A stretch of DNA of 64,000 nt from Rotaria socialis. Lineage: Eukaryota. Position 1 is the first letter of the stretch, and every line of letters begins with the position of its first letter. This document shows, piece by piece, positions 12,879 to 24,076 of this stretch. The stretch is from positions 1 through 64,000 of the forward strand of contig CAJNYD010000403.1 in NCBI GenBank assembly GCA_905331295.1, read 5' to 3'. A program made the translations under genes and the position numbers. The notes under the pieces are model-generated. The model had not been told where the DNA came from, made no database searches, and saw nothing but the letters and a program-made list of their open reading frames with translations.

Positions 12879-14442
12879 GTGAAGACACCTAATATGAGCC
12901 GTACATTGTGAAAATACGGGTACTTAGGGCTATTTTACAACAGAGATATGGCCGTAAAACTGATTCCAGTAAACGGACCGTGTCGTTCGACATGGGTGGA
13001 TGCGCAGGCACGGCAAATCACACACCTATTTATTGAAGCTCACACTAATTTTACTAATGCATTATCTCATAACACACCCAGCTCACATCGAATTGGTGTT
13101 TGTCCTTTATGCCTAAAAGGATTGAGTAAAATCATCCGAAATTCAAATACTTTTTATCGAGTGTCTTTCGCTGTTTGTCTACTATTGTTCACATCTAGTG
13201 TAAATTTTAGCAGGTGTTTTTTATCTGATGCTAAAGTGCGTTCATGGATGATCAGAAAGTTTATAGATAGGATATCCTTTTTAATTTTGGCATAGGAATA
13301 AATATTTCCGACTAGAGAAAACGTATCTGTTAAGATCAAACTTTGGTGCTCTTTTGAATTGAGACCTAAAAATATTGTTTGATTTTCTTCGAAAGTAGTG
13401 TAGTAATCTTTAGAAAATCAGACACATTCGTTAGGACAGAAACAACTTTTTATTTCAACAAGCAATTCGAAACGAAAACTTAGCATCTTTATTTATATAT
13501 CAGCTTGTTGATCAAAAGATACTCTAAAAAAATGTTCAGTCTAAAGTTTTTTTGTCGTCTTTCCATTAGGTATCTCAAGTTTTTGTTTTTCGGAAATACT
13601 CATTTTTGAAGAAACCGACTTTTCAAAAAACAAAATTCATTTAGCGTTGGCAGCAGCTTTTAATAAATGTTAGTAGAATTACTTAAGTGAAAGCTACAGC
13701 TTAGTTCAATTATCCGATTATTGTCGACAGGTATCAGAGATGTAAATCACATTCTATGAAAGTTCTTTTCCACATTGAGAGATGAAGATGCCGAGAATTT
13801 TCATTAAACATCATTTGCTATATTATTCAAGTTAATAAAATAGTTTTTGATTTTACCAAAAACAAACAAATATTCCGATTGTTGTATTTTAGTTAGAACA
13901 TCATATTGACTGAATCGGTCGAAGCTCTTCCGATCCTAGTCTATCAGATGATCATCTAGATACATATGTTAAAACTTATTGCTTTTTTTGCAAACATGCT
14001 GCAGGGTAAATTTTAGAATTCATTTCTTGGCACTTACTGAATATTTTCTAGAACATATAAGACAGATAAATACAGTATGTGGTATTGTTGAATGTATTTG
14101 CGATCGATTGTCGATAATTAGCAAAACTCCTAATACTCGTACAACAAAGACTTGTAAGATAATTATTTTAGTCTGTTTTGATGGTGCAGGTTCAATGAAT
14201 ACAAATACTCACACCCACAACCCCCAGGAAGAATGCATCATTGTTTTGAATTAGTCGAAACATTATTGAAGGATATTATTCGTATTGACGATCAATCACA
14301 ATGGATAGGCCTGCCGGTTATTATACATATTTGACTAATCATGTTGGATCTTCTCATTCCTTTTTCGCTTTCTTTGAACAGTATATATATATATATATAC
14401 TCGCAAATACTGGAAAAATAAAATCACTATTTCGATTAGACA

Positions 14443-15753
14443 ATGTCTCTATCGTGTGCGATCGAAACATGCAAACGTAAATCACGAGCAATATGTCATT
14501 GTTGCAACAACAATATTTGTCTTGATCATTTGAAAGAACATTTCGATTTAATAAATTCACAAATGAATCCTCTTGCTGACGAAATGAGTACTCTTGATAA
14601 TCAATTGTCGTTATTGAATGTTGATGAAGTTATTGATAAATGTCGTCAAAAATTGGATAAATGACGTCATGAATGTCATGCTACAGTTGATCGTTTTTAT
14701 GAAGAAAAATGTCAAGAACTTCAGCAGCGTTGTGTTGAAAAAGTTGGTGAAAAACGAAAAAAAATTCATCAATTAAAATTAAAAATAAATGAACTTATTC
14801 GAGAACAAGAAGCTACACATGACGATATTTGTTCATTGAAAGCAACTATTAATGGTATCAAACGTGATGTTAACCAATATGAAGAGAATGGCATTGTAGT
14901 CGATGTCAATCCTTTAATTATTAATCAAAATTTAGTTTATATCGAACAAGGGACATCGAATGAACTTGATGTATCAACTCTTTCGTCACCTTATCGAACA
15001 ATTGCTTGTTCCAAAGATAATTGGCCAGCAATGGCTAGCAACAATCATTTTTTGTTAATAGATCAATATCCAAATTTATGTTTATATGATAAAGAATTGA
15101 CTCTTTTAAAAGAATACCCATGGGACTATGATAAAATTCCTGATATGTGTTGGTCATCGACATTAAACAGTTTTATTATCATAACAAACAACAATGGAGT
15201 TTTTCTCATCAATGAAAATCTAATATCACTTGAATGTATTCAAACGATCGAGAGGAAACGATGGTTGTCTTGTACATGCTCAGATTCAACTTTATTTTTG
15301 ACGACGAATGAGTTGGGTTCTAATATTTTTCAATTCAATCTTTTATTGTCATTTCATTTCATGAAACAATGGGAATCTTCTCAAACTTGTAACTCCGACG
15401 AACTTATAAATAATATTGCTTATAACAATGGAACGCTGGCTTTAATAATAGAAAACATAACCAACGACAAAAAGCGCATAGAACTTCGATCTTCATCAAC
15501 ATTCGATCAACTCTGGTCAACCACATTCAATGCATCATATCATTATGGGCACTGGATGAATCGTGTTTGTGTACTCAAATATAAAGAATGGCTTGTAATC
15601 GATCACAAGAATTCACATCTTTTACATGTTAGTAAAGATGGACAAGTAAAAGCGAAGCGTTCATACGAACCAACAGTTAACAATGCTGTTTTATTTGGTA
15701 CGAATATATTTGTCATCAAAACGGTAGATAACGTCAATAGTTACAGAATATAA
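14443..15753 (+). pseudogene. B-box-like Zn finger / coiled-coil / beta-propeller-like gene with a single in-frame TGA
   Basis: MSLSCAIETCKRKSRAICHCCNNNICLDHLKEH start. The frame continues past TGA 14662-14664 (LDK*RHECH) into ORF 14836-15753 with no other lesion. Confidence 0.75.
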
Positions 15754-17950
15754 TAATAGAACTGTATTATTGTAAATAAAAGTAAATAGATCTATATTGT
15801 CTATTAATGATTATAATAAATATCTCGTCAAATTTTTGCATGAAGCGTTTTTCTCTTTTCTACATGTTTTTAAGATGTGTGAAAATGGGTTCACAACAGT
15901 CTTGTACCCACAAATAAGTTAAAATCGCAGTCATGATCTTGAGGCTGGGGGTGCTGATTTCTCTATATCGACACTCACACCCCCACACTCTTCTTTTATT
16001 TAGACTACAACATTTGATATAAAAAAAAAACTAAAAATTAACTTGTTTAAGATAAAGTAAAACATAATACTTTAGAAATATTAAGAAAGCTTAAGATAAA
16101 ATTCAAGTAGATGCAGCTAATTTCGGCGGTTCATTCTTTCTGAGAAGGATCGTTGATTGATTTAACTGACAAAGTAGAACTTGTAGACAACGTGTCGTTA
16201 TCAATTAGATGTACCGAGATGATCTGCGTTGTTGCGATCAGGATCAATACTTAAAGTAGACAAATACGCTCATTTTATACATTTCTTATGTAAACCTTAC
16301 TTAGCATGATGAGAATTTGTTTCATGCAATGACTGTGGAGTAACTATATGCTTATCGAACAGAAGAAAATTATGAACGATGATTATCTTGTTGCATTGTC
16401 AAATACTTTTCACTTATATAGAAAGAAATTCAAAGAGCCACCTTCAATATAAGGTTGATCAAAATATTCATTATAACATCGATATGATAATAGACACTTC
16501 TTGCCGAATATAACCTCGAAATCGAGTCCTAGAAAAAACCTTCATCTATCCATTTTTCCAAGAACCAATGCACTGCATAGTATGGAGTTAGAAGATTTGT
16601 CTTCGTCATTGGTTAACATCAATTGTATAATTATTAGATTGAGAAAGAGCTAAATGAATGCCATGGATTCGAAGTCGTAAGTTGAATAATTCTCTTAAAC
16701 AATCTACGTTAACAGAAAGTTCTTATTCCAGTTTCGATTCTCTTTTTTTTTTCATTTATTTGATCCCTGATGCGTGAATTTCGATTGTTAAATAATTTCT
16801 CGTTGGGAGAAGCAGCACATCGAATTGTTGAATCATTGCTAAAAACCTCAAATAAATACTTTTGCGTTTCCGAAAAAATTGATATTAAACAACATCGTAT
16901 AAAAATACTAAAAAGAAAACAAAATATTTGCTTCCATTCAATGTGTTCAATAATTAATCAGGGCGGTTTCTGCCTTTGATATAAATTAAATAAATCAATG
17001 GTCAAATCAAACGAATGAATTTATTTTCTTTTTGCAGTTTTACTAACTCGCCAAGCAAAATATGAAAGAAGAAATAAAAGACGTAAGACCATATAGCTAA
17101 GAGTGAAGTTAAAGATCCGTGTAATGATTGATATTGACTATCAATTAATAACATCGACTTATTCATCTCACAAGATTTTCTAAAAGAAAAGATAGAAATT
17201 TCGTATTTTCAATCGAGACATTGAATCAACTCAATAGATAACAGTGGGCGTGGGTGTATACATGTGGATACGTGATTGATCTACTCCCACACACCCACAC
17301 CTAAACAGAACGGTAACAACATCTCAAACTTGCTGATATGATTATGTTTTATTTTAAAATAAAGATCATATTTAGTTTAATCTTGAATACGAGCGAAGTT
17401 TTCCTACTCTGTCTCACAGGTGAACTACGCCCAATATCGACCATTGAGTTATGTCAACGAACTAGATCTGCAACAAATCACGAGTTGATTTAAATTAATA
17501 GCGCTCAGATCTTTTGAAATCAGCAAGATTCTGGAAATTTCAACAACAACGCTTTTCGCTTATTTCGATAGAATTAGTCGAGCTGAAAATGTCAGACACT
17601 TATTTTTTTATCATTCAACCTATGAGATATGATATTCATTTATCTATGTTAAATGATAGCAAAAAGAAAGTCAACTGAATCTTATTTTTCACAAAGAATA
17701 TTTTCTTGCTATCAAATAAAATGGGAAAATCTAGTTGCAGATATATTATCGAAGTGAAAATCTGTTGAATATGTACGATATCGTAAGACATCTATTTATT
17801 GGTAATTGTCGGACAAGTTCGACCGTCTTGGACGGCAGCTTTGTTTCTCTATTTGAACGACTATTGTGAATCATGCCGACCAACAATTCACCATCAACAT
17901 AAATATATCATCAGTCTATTGAAATAAATCGATGCGCTAGAAAGTTGATC

Positions 17951-19675
17951 ATGAATGAACGTCAATTTCATTTTCAAGATTTACCAGTCGAACTTTTTCG
18001 TCATATTTTCGAATATATCGCTCCGCATGATCTTCTCAATGCTTTCGAAAGACTCAATCGACGATTTGACATTATGCTTGCTCAACAACCACTATGGTTA
18101 CCGAATAATCGTCAAATGAGTATTCAGTTATATTGTCATTATTTAAAGAAAATTGTCACCAAACATCCTTCACAGATTGTTTATCTTTATTTATCTGAAC
18201 GAAGTGTACCATTTGTAATAGATTAGATTCGCTCTATTTACGAGTTCCGAGAAATGTTACTAAATAGTAATTATAAAATGGTATTTAGTGAAAGCTCTTT
18301 CAATTGATGGATGTTCAAGAGAATGACTAACTGAACTATTGAATAATGTCATCTAGCCCAATTACAGAATCTACACGTTACTTTTCTAATGTAAGTGACG
18401 GATCATCAATGGAGATGATCAACTAAATTTTTTTTAATGGTTTAGGAGTGATGCCAATATAGAAAATGAGTTGCTACTTCCAATTCCATTAAAACAAACA
18501 TTCGCACCTGAACTACGTCACATCAATCTAAAAATCTTTGGAGATGTACCTTGGATTTTAACTTTTTTCGCAGATCTTCAACGATACCGTCAACTCGATC
18601 AAATGAATATATCAGATTATGAAAGATTCGCTGATTATAGTCATTTTCCACGAGTAGCAGTTTTACGACACTGGTTAACATTATCAAAATCGAAGATATT
18701 CACATTTAAACTGAACTTGGACATAATTTATGCCTTTAGTAATCGCGAAATTCGAGAAGAGATCTTTGCCGAATATCGACTAGCAACTGGCACAGAATCT
18801 GCAGCACGATATGGAAAAATAAATCTTTCCTATCCAACAATGGTGTTTTCATATCCACTGGAGACAGATGATCACGAATGGGAAGATCTTGATAGTAGTG
18901 ATTCAACGCAGGGCTTCGAATGCGTTGAAGAAGTAAGTTCGATGAACGAAAATGACCGTCACACCACTATTCTCTCTTTGCTTAGATGGACATTTATGAA
19001 CTGGATTATGTCAAAGATGAACGGCTTGTCCAATTAGAAGCAATACCTTGTTGGCATCATTTGAGGAAAATTAATCTCGAAGGCGATTGTCCTGACGATA
19101 AGTAAGTGTCATGCCACAGATTTATTATAGATTCATTTTTTTAAATATATTCTAGGGGCGTTGTTGGCGAAAATATTTCACATTTACTTCATATTGCTCA
19201 ACGATCATCCTATTTTAGTGAACTATACATCGAATCAGATCTGGATTATGGTCGTGTTCTTTCATTGAATAAACAATTTGGAAGGTTACTTAGTCGTCAG
19301 CTTGTAATCTTACATTATACTGCTCAGGAAGCTAATAGTTCACTTGGTGATCTTGTTCGTATTATTGATAAGTTATTTAGTTATGGTCAATCATCACCAC
19401 GTTTAAAACAATTAATCTTAAACATCGATGCACATCCAGATTCCTGGCTTTCTACTCGTCATTTAGTTCTTTCGTTCGAAAAAATATTCAAACGTTTTCC
19501 ATCACTTACTCATTTGACTCTAAATTGTAAAGCTACGGAAGCATGTCGGAATAGTGTACAAAATTTATCGACGTTAGCTTCTGAATGGTACGTCGTCTCG
19601 TTACTTTCTCGAAAGATGCCAATGAGTTCGGTGGAATATCGACATAAACCACATTTGATTGAAATTTGGTTGTAA
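17951..19675 (+). pseudogene. F-box/LRR-type pseudogene, multi-exon
   Basis: F-box FQDLPVELFRHIFEYI..DLLNAFERLNRRF; stops and a frameshift in 18224-18360; short introns (~18391-18446, ~19102-19155); final ORF ends at 19675. Confidence 0.7.
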
Positions 19676-21646
19676 ATATTTTTTCTTTTTGAAATAAACA
19701 TGAAAAATTTGTAGATTATTTAGCTTTACACATTATCTACTTTGTGTTTGACTGGTGAATGACAGCTGTGTTTCTCGCTCGGGCATGAGTGAGTTTAAAC
19801 AATCTGCTATTATATTCATACCCCATACGGATTCCCACACCATCAAGAATCATTTATTCATCGAAAGATTGTAAAACAACGATGTCTATTTGTTTTTATT
19901 GATGTGAAACAATATTGCGTCGTGTGCCAATCTTTTTTCCCCAAGAAGTGGTTTTGCATTGGACGAGTGTGAGGGAGTGTCCTTGCCTGTGTGTGACATC
20001 ATCATTACCTCCTCATCTATGTGTGATTATCTTTTTATCTGTGTTAGTATTACCTTCGTATGTATTTGATAACGTTGTGAGCCAACATTGCTTAAGAACA
20101 TTCCTCTCAACATATAAAATGAATGAGAAGAATGTTTGAGAGTCAGTTTGGTGAATATGTGCTTCTTCTATACCGAAAAATAAATAGTCCTGTAACGATT
20201 TAAAATCGTTATAACTACGACTGTTGTTATTCATCGTTAAGATAGAGATTTGTTGGCAATGTCATTGGCCGAAGTATTAGTTTATGTTACAGCAATGAGT
20301 CTTTATTCGGCTATTATTTTCGAATTGGCATTGACTAATACCATGGCTATTAGCAAAAGTCTTCAATAAATACAAATCGAAAACTTCATTCTATTTATTG
20401 TACAATTTCTTATCGATATTATAATACTTCAGCACCGTTTTATATCTACTTAGTTGCATCAAAAACGTTTCGTAATACATTCAAGAATACTGTTATTAGA
20501 TGTTAGCGATGGAATACAAGACAATAAGAAGTATGAGCAAGTGTTATGTGATAGAAATAAATAGCTTTTATTTTAGATCTTGTCTCGTAAATGTTTGTGT
20601 TACAAAGGAAAACGAAATTGTATCGATTCAATCGGTTGGCAAAATTCAAGTCTAAACGTGATTGACTAATTAATACTAAACTCTTCTTTAAATCTGTCAT
20701 ATTTCACTGACAACAGGCATGAGAAATCAGTCGTTAACGTTTTTCGATGATTTCATTCAAAATTTTCCTTTCAAATATTTTCATACTCAACTGTAACCTG
20801 TCTAAGAATGCCATCATATGATTTGAAGGGAAAATGAGGAGCTTTTGGTTGTATACGCTCATCACAATGGCAAAATTTTATCGTTGGAAGTTCTATATTC
20901 ATTTGTTAAATCGAATCGTTATATATCTAATATCGAACAAAATTTGTAAGATTTTCTATTAAAAAATTTATCAATCTTTAAGTTGAGTTTATTTCGAGCT
21001 TTACTAATCTATCGTTTATTCATATTCATTTGAATAAACATAAAAGTTTCGCATATTTACACTTCATGAAATATTGCAACACCTCTTTTATTTCTTCAAA
21101 GAACGATGAAATTACTTTTGTTTCTATAAAAGTAGTCCGGTCAGTGATGGTTCGTGTAAAATTGAATTACCGTAGTGTACTCTGAAGAAATGACAAGAAA
21201 GAAAATGAAGCGAGACTTTGAAATTACGTTGTACTTATCTAGAGAGGGAAGCTGGATATCAGAGACCACGAAAAAAAAAAGAAATCTTGAGAAGCATTTT
21301 GGAATATCTTATGATCTCAGTAAATTCTTCTTTTACATAAGAAGTTTATTAAGAAAATAAAAGCGTTCAAAATTATTTCATTATCTGAAAAGTCAATAGT
21401 TTCAACATTATGTTTCTTGCACTTCTCCTTTAAAACTTGCATCACTTTACGGAATGAATCACTATTCATAATTTTTATGTGTGTATTTCATCATACAACG
21501 ACACAAACATTGTTTTTTTCCATCCTGGCAAATTACCCTACTCACATGTTGCACACTTTTTTACCCCATGTGAGTCTATATATACTATAGTAACATAGTT
21601 AAATGAAACCATACTTTACATTCGTAGAATCTTCATCGCACAAATC

Positions 21647-23853
21647 ATGTCTACTAAAGCTCAAGTTCATTTTCAACTATTACCTGTGGAACTTGTTCAT
21701 AAAATTTTTGATTATCTCAACGCAGAAGCAATTGTTTTTTCCATGCGTCTTGTCTGTAAACAGCTTTATTCCATTGTTAATGCTTATAATAGATATGAAT
21801 TAGATTTTCGTTATATTTCAAAATCTGATCTACCACTTCTGGCACGTATTATTGATCCTGACGCTATTATTTCACTTAAACTTTCAAAGACAGAAAAAGA
21901 ACGATCAATTCGATCATTGCTTAAACACTTTCGCACTGATTTCACTAGACTACAATCCTTGGCTTTGTTTAACTTATACGACAGAGACTTGAAAATAATT
22001 CAAAACCGTATCATGAAATGTCCGCTTAAAACATTCTCAATATTCAATGAATTATGGAATGTTAGAAAAACTGAAGCATATATATCAAACATTCTATTGC
22101 ATAAAGATCTTAGTAAAATCGAAGTCAAACTAGATTACGATAGCATCACTTTAATTGATTGGCCCATGTCGTGTGGATTAAAACATGTGATAATTAATAA
22201 CTGTAGCTCAGCTACAATTTACACAATTCTTAATCACTCACCTAATCTAGGAACCCTGGTTATAACAGATAATTACTTCGAAAATTTTGAAGAAACTATC
22301 ACTAATGATAAACAGTTCAATAGTGTAATATCTCTCTCATTGGCCATCAGTGCGAATATAGCGATGGAAAATATTCGGTCATTACTTTCATGTTTACCGT
22401 GTCTAGCACATCTTCGATTGATTTCCAAAACATTGTCAAGTGACGATTCATTATTTGACGGTTCTGAATGGGAGGATCTCATCACAGCAAAGGTTACTCT
22501 ATTGAAGAAGTTTGAATTCTCGTTCTTTGGTGATTTATCTGCTTATAACGGGAGTGTCACTCCAAAATCAATGATTAACTCGTTTCAAACATTATTTTGG
22601 TTACAAACCAAACAGTGGATTGTGAAATATGAGGATGGGCCCGATAACCTCCAAAGTTGGACATTTCACATTTATTCGATACCAATCTTTATAGATGAAT
22701 TTCATTATCCTAGCCCAGTGTTTCGAGTTGTACATTCTACGTTGAACACTGATGTTAGATGTGAAAAAGTCACCGTTGATACCAATCGATTAATTTTATA
22801 TTTGACTAAAATGATGAGTGAAAGTACTCTAGAACTGGTAAGTACTATTGTACGTGTTCAATACTGTGATAGTGAATCATAGATTAATTGTCCGATGCAT
22901 TAATTGATTTAAGATCTTTATTTGAGAAAAATTTAAAATAGAGAAAGGTTGAAGTACATGATTTTATAGAATTGTTTAGTTTGACATTGAAAGCATTAAC
23001 ACACAAGTCAATAATTTACTCACATGTGCACTAAGTACTGTTTCAGTTAAATCATTTTCATTCTATTTGGTTATATTGCCATGAAATTTTACAGTCTAAA
23101 AAAATCACATAGGTTTTATATCATTGTTGATAAATTTTCTAAGTTCAATAGATGATGTCATTGCAGGATTTTTTCTTCTCCTCTTTTACAACAACTCTGT
23201 ATGCATACGCAGACAATTTTTCAAAGTAAACTCAACGTCTGTTTTTTTACTTTTAGAAAAAGTTAACAATGAATTATCATTTTCAAAATGTGACAGAACT
23301 TGAACTAATAATTGGTAAAATATGGCATTTTGGATTCACTCGACATCTTTCAAAAATTCTTAACTTATCGAATCTTCAAAGCCTATCGTTGGATTTTAAG
23401 TCTGAGTGTAAATTCGAGACAAGTTTGGATGCCGAGATTGACATTCTCTTCAAAAAAGCAAGTAACCTCCGCTCAATTAGCATTACTTGTAATCGTTCTC
23501 ATAGAATGGCATTGTTAAGTATTAATGCTATTTGCTTGAGATTGCCTCGTCAAATCAAACATCTCGATACAGAAATCATGTACATGCAAGACGCCATAGT
23601 AATTCTAAGACAGGCTAAATATTTATCACATGTCTCTTTTCAATCGATCAATCATATGGATAGCCTTGTTGATGCGATCGAGAGAACACACTCATGGGTG
23701 AATAGAGACTGTGTATATGACTTGGTCAGCCCTCCCCATTCGTCTTGCTCGGGTATACGCCAAATATACTTTTGGCTTGGTAATAGCATCCGCAAGCAAT
23801 CAAACATATCATTTAGATACAAACGTTTCAAACCAACCGATGACAGTGACTGA
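21647..23853 (+). CDS. F-box domain / LRR-like protein, 2 exons (21647-22837, 23257-23853; ~595 aa)
   Basis: FQLLPVELVHKIFDYL..MRLVCKQL F-box; DGSEWEDLI..LKKFEF motif; phase-0 GTAAGT...TTTTAG intron joins the two ORFs in frame. Confidence 0.85.
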
Positions 23854-24076
23854 TATTGTTTTTATTAGTTATATTCATTTTATGAATATTTTTCGTCAAA
23901 TATTCTAGTAAATGAGACAAGCTTGTGGGTGTGGTGCATTGAGGAAGAGCCGATGTATAGAAACCCCAGACCCAGACCCACACCCACACCCTTTTGTCTA
24001 CTAATTCGATACCTAATAGTATGCAATAAAGTTTCACGAAAACTTAAACAATTTATTTGGTACCCTTTCCCCCATG

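Larger units (their letters stand above)
11831..12996. mobile_element. Outer MITE (CCCAGGTCGA-type TIR family) carrying nested insertions
   Basis: Arm acggtccgtttactggaatcagttttacgg..tctct.ttgtaaaatagcc (from ~11859) is inverted at ~12928-12981. Ends ccaagatcgatcaaaacgg / tcgacatggg resemble the element at 27189. Confidence 0.8.

Noticed and set aside
11770..12888. Mirrored ORFs on both strands (..SLKKRIKIC..PFGGSAFYPI..)
   Set aside because: Produced by the palindromic MITE arms; not genes.
7498..14664. TGA at probable Trp positions in two genes, suggesting an alternative genetic code
   Set aside because: TGG is used for Trp throughout, TGA ends intact genes, and the LRR gene also has frameshifts.
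16300..17100. Possible decayed GPCR-like coding relic on the minus strand (TPYYAVHWFLEKW..)
   Set aside because: Too many stops and no diagnostic motif to support a call without a search.
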